Assembly: GCA_035307585.1 (NCBI GenBank)
Contig: DATGHX010000052.1
Location: 2,068 to 66,067 of the forward strand
Source: Candidatus Angelobacter sp.
Lineage (GTDB): Bacteria; Acidobacteriota; Terriglobia; Terriglobales; Acidobacteriaceae
Direction: 5' to 3'
Length of the DNA: 64,000 nt
Shown here: piece by piece, positions 10,154 through 19,814 of the stretch
Position numbering within the stretch: position 1 is the stretch's first letter
Layout of the letters: each line of letters starts with the position of its first letter
Made by a program: the position numbers and the translations under genes
Notes under the pieces: generated by a model
What the model saw: only the letters and a program-made list of their open reading frames with translations
Database searches by the model: none
What the model was told of the DNA's origin: nothing

Positions 10154-10903
10154 TTGAGGACTGTCGTGTCAAAATCCATTCTTTCAAGCTTTACTGTCAA
10201 AACCCTTCTTTTTTCGCTGGTGTTAGTCGCTGGGACGGCTTTGCGACTGGGAGCGCAGAACGACGGCAAATCGCCCGCCGGCGGAGCCTGGAGCGTCTAC
10301 AGCAACGAAGACAGAATGACAGCGGCCCATCATGTGACGTTCGAGCTGGTGGGCAGCAGCGATCAGCGCGCGCCGCGGGGCCCCGACGCTCGCGGCCCCT
10401 ATGACGACAACGGTCCGACGCAGCGCGGGCCTAACGACAACGGCCCGGCGCAGAGCGGACCTAACGACAACGGCCCTGGCCCGCGTGGCCCTTACGACAA
10501 TGGGCCCGGCGGCCCTCGTGGCCCTAGCCGTGGCCAGCATTATAGGCCCGACTACAATCCCGGTCCTCCGCGGGTAGAGATCTACTGCGAGAACGGGAAC
10601 TACAAAGGCAGCAACTTCTTCCCGGGCGAGCGCATCGCCCCGCCCAACCGTCCCGGCTTCTGGGGACAGCCGCAGATGGAGGTGCTGGTCAGGGTCAATG
10701 ACAGCCACGGCAACCATGGCTGGAACTGGACCCCGGATTCGCTGTCCATGGACAAGAACACGGCTCGCGAGCTGATTGGCGCGCAGCTTTTCCGTGTTGA
10801 ATACCTGGGAGCGCGCGGCCCGGTAATCGCGGAATTCTCGCCCGCCGGGCTGGAACTGGGACGGATCGCGAAGGCCTGCGGCCTGAAGCCAAAGAAGCCG
10901 TAG
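10154..10903 (+). CDS. secreted protein with GP(N/Y)D(D)NGP tandem repeats
   Basis: TTG start and signal peptide TLLFSLVLVAGTALRLGAQ, followed by a central 9-10-aa repeat block. Confidence 0.6.
   Translation: MRTVVSKSILSSFTVKTLLFSLVLVAGTALRLGAQNDGKSPAGGAWSVYSNEDRMTAAHHVTFELVGSSDQRAPRGPDARGPYDDNGPTQRGPNDNGPAQSGPNDNGPGPRGPYDNGPGGPRGPSRGQHYRPDYNPGPPRVEIYCENGNYKGSNFFPGERIAPPNRPGFWGQPQMEVLVRVNDSHGNHGWNWTPDSLSMDKNTARELIGAQLFRVEYLGARGPVIAEFSPAGLELGRIAKACGLKPKKP
10376..10531 (+). repeat. in-frame tandem repeat (about 27-30 nt unit, 4-5 copies) encoding RGP-N/Y-D-(D)-N-G-P
   Basis: Read directly from the translation: RGPDARGPYDDNGPTQRGPNDNGPAQSGPNDNGPGPRGPYDNGPGGPRGP. Confidence 0.8.
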
Positions 10904-10926
10904 TATCGCGGAAACGAGAAGAGAAG

Positions 10927-10950
10927 AAAAAAGCGGCCCGCCAGGGCCGC
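10927..10950 (-). terminator. rho-independent terminator of the small Lys-rich gene
   Basis: 7-bp GC stem GCGGCCC/GGGCCGC with a 4-nt loop, followed on the minus strand by TTTTTT. Lies 27 nt downstream of the stop at 10977. Confidence 0.5.
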
Positions 10951-10976
10951 TGAATCAAGCTGCGATACCGGAACCC

Positions 10977-11189
10977 TTATTTGGGAGGGGTACTGGTGGT
11001 GGAAGAGCCTTTCTTGCTCTTCTTGCCGCCCTTGTGAGCCTTGCTGGTCTTGGTGGCCTTCTTGCCCGAGGTTGTCTCAGCGGTCTTGGTGCCCTTGCCT
11101 TCTTTGTCGGTACTGCCGCCACCGGCTTGGGCGAAAGACAAGCTGCCCGCCAGCAACAGAGCGAAAACTACTGTCATTAGCTTCTTCAT
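10977..11189 (-). CDS. small secreted Lys/Thr/Gly-rich protein
   Basis: 70 aa with signal peptide MKKLMTVVFALLLAGSLSFAQA, then low-complexity KGxK repeats. Confidence 0.55.
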   Translation of the reverse strand: MKKLMTVVFALLLAGSLSFAQAGGGSTDKEGKGTKTAETTSGKKATKTSKAHKGGKKSKKGSSTTSTPPK

Positions 11190-11292
11190 GCAATCTCCTT
11201 TTAAAAAAGGGAAGTTCAGAGTTGGCCTCTACAACACGGCCGGCTGGGGAAAGTTTCTTCGCTCGGTTCACAATTTTCGTCGATCACGAAGA

Positions 11293-11979
11293 TCAGCGGA
11301 GACCCATGGCTTCTTCTGCCCTGGCCCGGCATCTCTCCAGCGTCTCCTGCATCTTCTGGTGGAGGGCCGCCATTTGTTCTTCACTGGCGTCGGCGGGAAC
11401 CGGCATGGGGCTGCTGAAATAGGCGCAGGCGCGCGAAAACGGCCGGGGAATCACCATGCGGTCCCAGGAGTTCAGGACCCAAGCCCGCTGCACCGCAATG
11501 TAGAAACAGTTCACTGTCTGGCCAGTCTTTTTGGCCAGCAGCACCGGGCCGGGCTTGGCCACGTAGCGCGGGCCGCGAGGGCCGTCAATGGTGAAGACCA
11601 CGGGGTGGCCGAGTTCCAGTTCGCGGCGCATCCCGATCAGCGCGCCCACGGCGCCGCGGGAACTGGATCCGCGAACCGCGCGAAAGCCAAGTTTGCTAAC
11701 GATCCGGGCGATGTATTCGCCATCAAAGCTGCGGCTTATCATCACTGCGACCTGTTTGCCGCGAAAGCGGTAGCCGGCGGGAATCACGCAGCGGTGCCAG
11801 AAGCACCATATGCCGTTGGGCGCGCACCAGCCGTCGCTGAGGCAATCGGGCTCACGGATAACGCTGAAGCGCAAAGTAGGACCAATCCAGCGAATCAGCA
11901 GGTATCCCATCCAGGTAATGAACCAGAGAGAGATCCGCTGGCGCAGGGTGAAGCGCCCAGGCCGGGGAACCTCAGCCAT
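11293..11979 (-). CDS. DUF374-type lysophospholipid acyltransferase family protein
   Basis: ISRSFDGEYIARIVSKLGFRAVRGSSSRGA...FTIDGPRGPRY is typical of DUF374. Start placed at the internal ATG (Met42 of the ORF). Confidence 0.7.
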   Translation of the reverse strand: MAEVPRPGRFTLRQRISLWFITWMGYLLIRWIGPTLRFSVIREPDCLSDGWCAPNGIWCFWHRCVIPAGYRFRGKQVAVMISRSFDGEYIARIVSKLGFRAVRGSSSRGAVGALIGMRRELELGHPVVFTIDGPRGPRYVAKPGPVLLAKKTGQTVNCFYIAVQRAWVLNSWDRMVIPRPFSRACAYFSSPMPVPADASEEQMAALHQKMQETLERCRARAEEAMGLR

Positions 11980-12330
11980 CGCCGGCGCAGTTTGTGACGG
12001 TGAGCCCACGAATCCAGATTCTAAATTGTTCAACCAAACCTGCGGCGCGCAGGCGAGCTGGCCGTTTGGCAAAAAGTGTCTAAGTGAAATCCTGACGCTC
12101 ACGCTAAAGTTAACCCTTTAGCAAAAAACTGCAAGCCGTGTCATGGTTTGGCGCAGTTGGCAAAAATATCGTATTTTCACAAAGATACAGTCTAAGCTGT
12201 TTTGCTGCCCAAAGTTTACCTGGATGGCACCACGGCCTTAGTTCTTCGCCCGCAGCGACGTCTTGTGGTCGGTACATTCGAGCTTGCTGGTAGATTTGGG
12301 TTGAGGTCTGCCGGTTGGTTAGCTGCCCGA

Positions 12331-12356
12331 TGAACGATAGTGGCTGGCTTAGCGTA
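12331..12356 (+). promoter_or_regulatory. ECF-type promoter candidate (TGAAC-N17-CGTA)
   Basis: TGAAC at 12331-12335 and CGTA at 12353-12356, about 25 nt upstream of the sigma-factor start. A GGGGAG SD sits 6 nt before the TTG start. Confidence 0.3.
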
Positions 12357-12379
12357 TTGAATAGAAGCGGGGAGACTGC

Positions 12380-12982
12380 TTGGAGGACCAGCAAACAGGG
12401 GCAATAGTCCGCCGATGCGTGGCCGGAGAGGCATCCGCATGGGAGGAGATCGTGCGCCTGCACAACCGGCGAATCTACAATCTCTGCTACCGCTTCACCA
12501 GTTCGCAGGATACGGCGGAAGACCTGACGCAGGAAGTCTTTCTCAAAGTTTACCGCACGTTGGCCTCGTATGATGTTGAAAAAGGGGCATTTACGACGTG
12601 GCTGACCACCCTTGCCCGAAACCTGCTGGTAGACCACTTCCGGCGCAGCAAGCAGGACCGCATCACGGATTCGATTGACGCAAGCCCCGCCAGCGAGGAA
12701 GATTCTCCGTCGATCGCGGACCGCCTGCGAGACCCCGGCGCATCTCCGGCCGACCGGCTGGCCAGCCAGGAGACGCAAAAGATGGTCCAGCGGGGCCTGG
12801 CTCGGCTGTCTCCGGACCTGCGCGAAGCGGTAATTCTGAGAGATCTCCAAGACATGGATTACAAAGAGATTGCCGCGGTGCTGCGGGTGCCCGAGGGAAC
12901 CGTAAAATCGCGGATTAACCGAGGCAGAATGGAACTGGCGCGATTACTTTCACGTAATAAAAAGCAGGCAGGCGATGACTGA
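12380..12982 (+). CDS. ECF (RpoE-like) sigma-70 family sigma factor
   Basis: Region 2 is YNLCYRFTSSQDTAEDLTQEVFLKVY and region 4 is LQDMDYKEIAAVLRVPEGTVKSRINRGR. Confidence 0.85.
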   Translation: MEDQQTGAIVRRCVAGEASAWEEIVRLHNRRIYNLCYRFTSSQDTAEDLTQEVFLKVYRTLASYDVEKGAFTTWLTTLARNLLVDHFRRSKQDRITDSIDASPASEEDSPSIADRLRDPGASPADRLASQETQKMVQRGLARLSPDLREAVILRDLQDMDYKEIAAVLRVPEGTVKSRINRGRMELARLLSRNKKQAGDD

Positions 12983-13853
12983 TAGAGCCCAAAACGGAAT
13001 GACCTGCAGCCAGTTTGAGGCGCTGCTGGCCCAAGCCCTGGACGGAGAGATAGTCGATCTCCGCCCCGGAGCCGTGGCCGGGAGTGCCGACGAGCTGGTG
13101 GCCTTCCCCGCGGAGATGCGGGCGGCGTTCGTCGCGCATCGGCAGGGTTGCACGGACTGCGGTCCTCTCTATGCCGAGGCGCGCGAAGGCATGCTGCTGT
13201 TGCACGCCCTTGAGGAAGTCGAGCCGCCGCGGAACCTGGTGCACAACATTATCGCCGTCACCAGCCACGTGGAGTCGAAGACTGCGGCCGCTGGCGCTCC
13301 CGCAGGCAGCGGGTGGCTGGAGCGGATGCGCGCTCGCTTAGTGCCCGCCTTCGCCGGGGTGCTGCGCTCGCGCTTTGCAGCTTCGTTCTGCATGGCCTTC
13401 TTCTCGCTCAGCCTGACGCTCAGCCTGACCGGAATCAAGATCACTGAGATCGCCTACATGGCATCCCATCCCAGCGAGCTGCGCAAGTCAGTAGTGCTGG
13501 AATACACCCAGATCCAGGCGCGGGTCATGCGTTACTACGACAACATGCGCCTGGTGTATGAAGTTCAGAACCGCGTCCGCGAACTGAAGAACGCGGCCGT
13601 GCCCGCTCAGAACCAGGACAAGGGAACGGGCCAGCCGGACCAGCAGAACCTGATCCGGCCGGAACCGAAGGTTCCCGAATGGAAGGAGGTTGTGCAGCCG
13701 CAAACGCAGAACGCCTACAGGGGCCGCTGGAATGACCGTTCGCCACGGCAGATCACTATCGCGCGGCGCGCATCTGCCCTGCCCGACCTGAACCAGCTTT
13801 CTGCGTACGAGATTGCCGAATTCATGAGGAAGACCGAAGGAGCCAGAATATGA
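12975..13853 (+). CDS. anti-sigma factor (ZAS-type, H-x3-C-x2-C) with one TM segment
   Basis: Overlaps the sigma-factor stop. Carries HRQGCTDC (H-x3-C-x2-C) and a central hydrophobic helix FAASFCMAFFSLSLTLSL. Confidence 0.6.
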   Translation: MTDRAQNGMTCSQFEALLAQALDGEIVDLRPGAVAGSADELVAFPAEMRAAFVAHRQGCTDCGPLYAEAREGMLLLHALEEVEPPRNLVHNIIAVTSHVESKTAAAGAPAGSGWLERMRARLVPAFAGVLRSRFAASFCMAFFSLSLTLSLTGIKITEIAYMASHPSELRKSVVLEYTQIQARVMRYYDNMRLVYEVQNRVRELKNAAVPAQNQDKGTGQPDQQNLIRPEPKVPEWKEVVQPQTQNAYRGRWNDRSPRQITIARRASALPDLNQLSAYEIAEFMRKTEGARI

Positions 13854-14581
13854 ACTGCGCCGTACACACCGATGTGCCCGCGACGGCTTTTTGCCGCACC
13901 TGCGGTAAGGCGCTGTGTGATAACTGCAAGCGCGATGTGATGGGGGCGATTTACTGCGAGCCCTGCATCGCGGTTCGCCTGCATGGCGGCCAGCCGGCGA
14001 CAGGCGCTGTTCCTCCACCGCCGCCGGTGGTGATCAGCAATGCGCCCAGTCCGGGCGTGGCCATGCTGCTGGGTTTTATTCCCGGCGTCGGCGCCATGTA
14101 CAACGGCCAGTTCCTGAAGGGCTTCATTCACGTGGTGATGTTCGTGCTGCTGATCATTGCCACCGACAACATTTCCGGGCTGTTCGGGATTCTGATCGCA
14201 TTTTCGATCTTCTATATGGCCTTCGACGCGTACAAGACCGCCGAGGCCAAGAGACTTGGACTACCCCTGCCCGACCCGCTGGGGCTCGATCGCCTCTTTG
14301 GGTTGCAGGAGGGGCAGCATGGCTCCGCAGGAGGCGCCAGCGGCGCTGCCGGTACGACCTCCCCAACTTCTGCGGCTTCGGTCAACACGGAAACTGCAAC
14401 GCAGCCGGCGACGCAGGCAGGCGACAGCGGCATTCCGGCGGGAGCCGTTGTGCTCATCGCGCTGGGCGTGATTTTTCTGCTGAACAACTTTGTCCGTTTC
14501 AACCTTAACCATTTTTGGCCCCTGATCCTGATCGGCATCGGTTTATGGCTGGCTTACAAGCGAATGGATATGAGGACCTAG
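13850..14581 (+). CDS. B-box zinc-finger membrane protein
   Basis: N-terminal CAVHTDVPATAFCRTCGKALCDNCKRDVMGAIYCEPC (B-box-like Cys/His pattern), then TM helices. ATGA overlap with the anti-sigma gene. Confidence 0.6.
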   Translation: MNCAVHTDVPATAFCRTCGKALCDNCKRDVMGAIYCEPCIAVRLHGGQPATGAVPPPPPVVISNAPSPGVAMLLGFIPGVGAMYNGQFLKGFIHVVMFVLLIIATDNISGLFGILIAFSIFYMAFDAYKTAEAKRLGLPLPDPLGLDRLFGLQEGQHGSAGGASGAAGTTSPTSAASVNTETATQPATQAGDSGIPAGAVVLIALGVIFLLNNFVRFNLNHFWPLILIGIGLWLAYKRMDMRT

Positions 14582-14589
14582 GAGAAGAA

Positions 14590-14874
14590 ATGAGCCCATA
14601 CATTCCCAACCGATCTTGCCATTGCCCGCGCTGCCGTGCGCGCGGACTGATGGGTCCGGCCATCCTGATCACCCTTGGCGTTCTCTTCCTGCTGGACCAG
14701 TTGTTGGTGGTCCGCTGGGGAGAGAGCTTTCCCGTATTTCTGATCGTAATCGGCGTGATGCTCTACCTGGGCCGTTCGGCTTCAACCGAGGGCCATGTCA
14801 ACGCGGTTGTTCCCGGCGCGCCTGTTCCGCCGCCGCCGCCGGCCGATCCAACTCACCCTGAGGTGAACCGATGA
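14590..14874 (+). CDS. small Cys-rich membrane protein (DUF5668/LiaF-TM-like)
   Basis: ATG at 14590 preceded by AGGAGAAG. Contains CHCPRCRARG followed by two TM helices. Confidence 0.5.
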   Translation: MSPYIPNRSCHCPRCRARGLMGPAILITLGVLFLLDQLLVVRWGESFPVFLIVIGVMLYLGRSASTEGHVNAVVPGAPVPPPPPADPTHPEVNR

Positions 14875-16247
14875 GTACTCCCAATCCCGCGCCCTATTAT
14901 CGTTCGGAACGTCCACGTTCGATCTTTGGACCGATCGTGCTCACGGCGATCGGCGTGGTGCTGCTGCTGTGCACGACAGGCAGGATTTCGTGGCACTCGT
15001 TCTGGCTCGGCTTTGCCAAGTACTGGCCGGTGCTGCTGATCCTGTGGGGAGTAGCCAAGTTCGCCGAATACGCGATGGCCAGGCAGAGGGGTTATCCGCC
15101 GCCACGGCTGGGCGCGGGCAGCATCGTGTTCCTGATTTTCTTCATCATGTTCGGCATAACCACAACCAGGCTGGCGGGCGTGAACTGGCGCGGCATTGGC
15201 ACGGCCATTGAGAAAGATGGCGATTTCGACACCTTCGACCTGTTCGGCTCCGGCCACGATTTCACCGATACCCTGGCGGCGCCGCTGACGGGTGCCACGC
15301 AGATCCGGATCGTCAACGGGCGCGGCGACATCAGCGTGACTGCCAGCGCCGATAGCCAGGCCCACGGCTTTGTTCATAAGAACCTGCACAGCGATTCCGA
15401 CAGTGCCGCGAATCGCATGAATCAATCCACGCAGGCCAAGTTTCAACAACAGGGTGGAGTCTGGGTACTGGACCTGACCGGCAGCGACTACGACCGGGGA
15501 CGCTTCAACGTTGATCTGCAGCTTCCGCGCAACGTTGCATTGGCGCTCTCCACGCGCTTCGGCAATATTTCCGTGACCGGCATGAAGGGCAACCTGGAAG
15601 CCTCCTGCACGCGCGGCGATGTGAGCGCGGAGCAAATCACGGGCGATGCCTCGCTTCATCTGCGCAACGGTAAGATCACCGCCCGCAATATCAGCGGCAA
15701 TGTCAGCGTCGACGGCGGCAGCGACACCACCATCTCCGACATCGGCGGAACTCTGACCATGACGGGAAGCTTTCCCGGAGAGATACAGCTCTCGCACCTG
15801 GCCAAGCCGGTGCACTTTTCCACGTCGCGCACCGACCTGGAGTTCGCGCGTCTGGACGGCGATCTCAACATGGAGCTGGACAGCATGCGGGCCAACGGGA
15901 TTCAGGGTCCCTTCAAGATGACCACGCGCAGCAAGACGGTGCGCCTGGAGGACCTGAGCGGCGATGCCACCATCCAAGACAGCAACGCCACTGTGGAACT
16001 GCGGTCCAAGGCGCCGCTGGGAAATATCGATGTCAGCAATAAGCACGGCGAGATCGACGTCGAATTACCGGGCGGCGCAGGATTCCAACTCGACGCGCAG
16101 AGTAAGGGCGGCGATATCGAGAGCGACTTCAACGTGAAGGTCGACAACAGCGCCAACATTGCCCAGGCCATCGCCACTGTTGGCAAAGGTGGACCACTGG
16201 TGAAGCTGCGCTCCGATCACGGAACCATTCAGATCAAAAAGCAGTAG
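14871..16247 (+). CDS. DUF4097 beta-strand-repeat protein with N-terminal TM region
   Basis: Repeated G(N/D)(I/V)S(V/A) strands (NISVTGMKGNLEA...GDVSAEQITGDASL...GKITARNISGNVSV). ATGA overlap with the upstream gene. Confidence 0.7.
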   Translation: MSTPNPAPYYRSERPRSIFGPIVLTAIGVVLLLCTTGRISWHSFWLGFAKYWPVLLILWGVAKFAEYAMARQRGYPPPRLGAGSIVFLIFFIMFGITTTRLAGVNWRGIGTAIEKDGDFDTFDLFGSGHDFTDTLAAPLTGATQIRIVNGRGDISVTASADSQAHGFVHKNLHSDSDSAANRMNQSTQAKFQQQGGVWVLDLTGSDYDRGRFNVDLQLPRNVALALSTRFGNISVTGMKGNLEASCTRGDVSAEQITGDASLHLRNGKITARNISGNVSVDGGSDTTISDIGGTLTMTGSFPGEIQLSHLAKPVHFSTSRTDLEFARLDGDLNMELDSMRANGIQGPFKMTTRSKTVRLEDLSGDATIQDSNATVELRSKAPLGNIDVSNKHGEIDVELPGGAGFQLDAQSKGGDIESDFNVKVDNSANIAQAIATVGKGGPLVKLRSDHGTIQIKKQ

Positions 16248-16254
16248 CTGAACG

Positions 16255-16953
16255 CTAAGATCCGGCTTGCGAGAGTTTCCGCTCGACGATAGCCACAGCT
16301 TTCTCCACCACCTGTTCCAGAGTCAGGTGCGTGGAATCGATGGTCACGGCATCTGGCGCTGCCACGAGAGGCGAGTTAGCTCGAGTCCGGTCGCGCTGGT
16401 CGCGGGCGCGCAGTTCGGCGAGGACCGCGGCTTCCGGCGCTGGGGCTCCCGGGTTCTGCAGAAAACGCCTGTTGCCCCGAACCTCCGGCGCCGCATCGAG
16501 AAAGATTTTGACCTCGGCATGCGGGAAGACTTTGGTGCCGATATCGCGGCCCTCCATCACGATTCCGCCGCCTGCTCCCATCTCGCGCTGCCGCTCCACC
16601 ATCCACTGGCGGACCGCGGGATGAATCGAAACCTGTGAAGCAGCCTCAGTGACATCCTGGCGCCGAACGCGATCGGTGACGTCCTTGCCGTCAAGCAGCA
16701 CGCGATTGCCCTCGCTGGTGGCTTGCAGGGTGATGGTGGAGCTGCGCGCCAGATCCGCCATGGCCGCTGGATCAGTGAAGGGAAGATTGCGCTCGATGGC
16801 TTTCAGCGCCAGGGCGCGATACATGGCTCCGGTTTCGATGTTGGTGTAGCCGTATCTGCGCGCCAGTCGCGCCGCCAGCGTGCTCTTGCCGGACCCGGCC
16901 GGACCGTCGATGGCTATCACGATGCGGCGAGCCGCCGCCTGGCCATTAGCCAT
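16255..16953 (-). CDS. cmk: cytidylate kinase
   Basis: IAIDGPAGSGKSTLAARLARRYGYTNIETGAMYRA is a canonical Cmk N-terminus. Confidence 0.9.
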   Translation of the reverse strand: MANGQAAARRIVIAIDGPAGSGKSTLAARLARRYGYTNIETGAMYRALALKAIERNLPFTDPAAMADLARSSTITLQATSEGNRVLLDGKDVTDRVRRQDVTEAASQVSIHPAVRQWMVERQREMGAGGGIVMEGRDIGTKVFPHAEVKIFLDAAPEVRGNRRFLQNPGAPAPEAAVLAELRARDQRDRTRANSPLVAAPDAVTIDSTHLTLEQVVEKAVAIVERKLSQAGS

Positions 16954-17812
16954 GCACGCGGCTCCGCTGCGATTCCGCGACCGGCGACATCCGAATCAGG
17001 CTCTTTCCGCCAACAGTCACAAAGCTCAGCTCACGCGCCGCCAACAACGCCTTCGTGGCTTCGCGGACTTTGGAGCGCGAGGTGAAGCGCGAAAATAGAT
17101 CCTCAATCTCCTGCTCATCGGCGGCAACCACGGCTTCCAGATGCTTGCTGAGCAGCGCGGAAACGGCTTCCGGCGCAGAAATATCCAGCCCCTGCTTCAA
17201 CTGTTCGGGCGCCCAGCGATAGAGCACGTCCCAGAACGCTCCCTGGTCTTCGCGATAATCCACGCGGGTGATCTTGAGGATGGACCAAAGCTCGTGGAGC
17301 GCGCGGTCCAGCCCGGCGTCGCTGAGCGCGCGCCCGCAGATCTCGCGCAGCTGGTTCTTGCTGGCGGGGCCATGTTTCTGGATGGCTTCAAAGACGGTCA
17401 GAGCCAGCGGGGAGAAGGATATGCCCTGCGACCTGGCACGCGGCACCGCGCGCGGATTGCGGTCACTAACGAGGGCGTAAAAGTAGGGAAACATGCCCGC
17501 CGAAATAAGCAGAGTTTCGCCGGCATTGAGCGTGGCCTCGAAAGCAGCGCGCTGGCGAAGCAGGCGGACCATAAGTCCGATGGCTTCTTTTGCGCGCGGG
17601 TCGGCGAAGGCGTGTTTGACGTCGGGCAGACGCTCGGCGGAACCTGCGTATGCGCCCATGAATGTCGGCACCTGCGAGAGGCTGCGATCGGGATACATCA
17701 GGCACAGGCCCACGGAATCGACGAAAGCCACAGCGTCCTCAATGGTGCGAACGGGTTTGCCGTCGGTGTGCCAGAGGTACGAGCGCTGCTGCTGGAGTTC
17801 GAGTTCGGTCAT
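16946..17812 (-). CDS. conserved hypothetical protein
   Basis: 288-aa ORF between mutL and cmk, overlapping the cmk start by 8 nt. Codon usage looks like its neighbours. No motif recognised. Confidence 0.5.
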   Translation of the reverse strand: MTELELQQQRSYLWHTDGKPVRTIEDAVAFVDSVGLCLMYPDRSLSQVPTFMGAYAGSAERLPDVKHAFADPRAKEAIGLMVRLLRQRAAFEATLNAGETLLISAGMFPYFYALVSDRNPRAVPRARSQGISFSPLALTVFEAIQKHGPASKNQLREICGRALSDAGLDRALHELWSILKITRVDYREDQGAFWDVLYRWAPEQLKQGLDISAPEAVSALLSKHLEAVVAADEQEIEDLFSRFTSRSKVREATKALLAARELSFVTVGGKSLIRMSPVAESQRSRVHG

Positions 17813-17813
17813 C

Positions 17814-19814
17814 TCAGATACGTTTAAACGCTTTCTGAATCTCCTTCACAGAATAGCTCAATACCACGGGACGGCCATGCGGACAGCTCATGGGACACTC
17901 GGTCCGGGCCAGTTCCTTCAGCAGCCACTCCATTTTTTTCTGCTCCAGCGGCATGTTGATCTTGATGGCGGCATGGCAGGCGATCGAGGCCGCGATCCGC
18001 GCCCGGATGGCGTCCAGGTTAAGCGCCTGCTCCTCTTTCTGGAACTGGTCGAGCAGTTCCACCAACATCTGCTCCACCTGCGCCGGCTCGACGCCTGCGG
18101 GCGCAGTCTTCACCGCCACGGTCTTCACGCCGAAAAGCTCTACCTCGAAGCCGTTGCGGCGAAGCTCGTCGGAGATCTCGGTGAACACCGCTTGCTGCGC
18201 CGGTGTGAGTTCCACGATCAGCGGCATCAGCAGCCTTTGTCCCTGATGGGCGAGGTGCGTTTCGCGCCGTTCACGCAGAATCTTTTCGAACAGCACGCGC
18301 TCATGGGCGACATGCTGGTCGATGATCCACAACCCGTCGGCGTTGACGGCGAGAATGAAGGAATCGCGCACCTGTCCCAGCGGCTTCAGGCTGGCCAGCG
18401 CCAGTTGATCGGCGACGGCCTGCGGTTCGTCGGGCAACACGTTGCCGCAGTTGTCGGCGATAGGAATCCTGGTGATCTGGGGCGCGGGTATGGTGCCAAA
18501 GCCGCTGCGGGCGAGGTTGGCTTCCACGACGATGCCGGCGCCGGCAAAAGGAAGCCGCTCATTGATCACCGGCTGCGGAGGAGCCTGCAGCGCGAAGTCG
18601 CCCGGCGGCTGCGCTTCGGGAGCTTCCAACACGGTAGCGATCGCGCTGGCGCGTTCGCCCGCGGCTCCGGCGCGAGGCGCGAACGCTCCCGGACTCAGAC
18701 CGGGCGCGGCGTTGGGCTGGGCGGTGATCTCGCGCGTGAACTGCGGCACCGGGCGGGCCTTCATCAGCGCCGCGCGCACCGAGTCGCGGACAAAGTCGTG
18801 GACCACCGCTTGCTGGCGGAAGCGGACTTCGGTCTTCGCGGGATGCACGTTGGCATCTACCTCAGCGTTGGGCAGCTCGATGAACAACAGCACCACGGGG
18901 AAGACTGTGGGCGGAAGGATGTTGCGATACGCCTCGGTCAGCGCGTGCTGGATCAGGCGGTCGCGCACCAGGCGGCTGTTGACGAAGATGAAGATGGAGT
19001 TGCGGTTGAGCTTCTGTACCTCCGGCTTGGAGACGAAGCCGTGCACACGCAGGTCGCCGGGGACCGCGGGCGAGTACTCTTCGTCGCGGCGCCAGGGGGG
19101 AGGCTCGGGAATGCCGACCCGCTCCAGCTTCATGGCCGCGGCCACCGAGATGAGCTGGTCCAGCGTCTCGCGCCCGAAGATCTGGTAGATGCGCGTGGAG
19201 TGCGACTCCACCGGCGGCGCCACCAGCATGGCACTGGTGGCCGAATGCAGCTCGAAATGCTTCTCGGGATGGGCCAGCGCGTAATGCGTGACCAGCGAGG
19301 CGATGTGCGAGAGTTCGGTGGACTCCGCCTTCAGAAATTTCTTGCGCGCCGGCGTGTTGAAGAAAAGGTCGCGCACGGCGATGGAAGTTCCCGCGGGAAT
19401 CCCGGCCTCTTCCATGCGCAGGATCTTGCCTCCGGCGATCTCCAGCAGCGTGCCCCCGGGTTCGTCGGGCGAGCGCGTCTCCATGGTAACGCGGGCGACG
19501 GAGGCGATCGAGGGCAGCGCCTCGCCGCGAAACCCAAGCGTGTGGATGTTCAGCAAGTCGTCCGCGTCTTTGATCTTGGAGGTGGCGTGGCGCTCGAAGG
19601 CCAGCAGGGCATCGTCGCGCACCATACCGCAGCCGTCGTCCACCACCTGGATCAACTTCTTGCCGCCCGCCTCCACCTGCACGCGAATGCGGCCGGCGCC
19701 GGCGTCCAGAGAATTTTCCAGCAGCTCTTTGAGTACGGAAGCGGGACGTTCCACCACCTCGCCGGCGGCGATCTTGTTGGCCACGTGTTCCGAGAGCAGG
19801 TGGATGCGCCCCAT
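17814..19814 (-). CDS. mutL: DNA mismatch repair protein MutL
   Basis: N-terminal ANKIAAGEVVERPASVLKELLENSLDAGA (GHKL ATPase) and a C-terminal CPHGRP motif. Confidence 0.9.
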   Translation of the reverse strand: MGRIHLLSEHVANKIAAGEVVERPASVLKELLENSLDAGAGRIRVQVEAGGKKLIQVVDDGCGMVRDDALLAFERHATSKIKDADDLLNIHTLGFRGEALPSIASVARVTMETRSPDEPGGTLLEIAGGKILRMEEAGIPAGTSIAVRDLFFNTPARKKFLKAESTELSHIASLVTHYALAHPEKHFELHSATSAMLVAPPVESHSTRIYQIFGRETLDQLISVAAAMKLERVGIPEPPPWRRDEEYSPAVPGDLRVHGFVSKPEVQKLNRNSIFIFVNSRLVRDRLIQHALTEAYRNILPPTVFPVVLLFIELPNAEVDANVHPAKTEVRFRQQAVVHDFVRDSVRAALMKARPVPQFTREITAQPNAAPGLSPGAFAPRAGAAGERASAIATVLEAPEAQPPGDFALQAPPQPVINERLPFAGAGIVVEANLARSGFGTIPAPQITRIPIADNCGNVLPDEPQAVADQLALASLKPLGQVRDSFILAVNADGLWIIDQHVAHERVLFEKILRERRETHLAHQGQRLLMPLIVELTPAQQAVFTEISDELRRNGFEVELFGVKTVAVKTAPAGVEPAQVEQMLVELLDQFQKEEQALNLDAIRARIAASIACHAAIKINMPLEQKKMEWLLKELARTECPMSCPHGRPVVLSYSVKEIQKAFKRI

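Noticed and set aside
12110-12850. 246-aa minus-strand ORF overlapping the ECF sigma gene and its promoter region.
   Set aside because: It is antisense to a clearly recognisable sigma-70 region 2 / region 4 protein and has no motifs.
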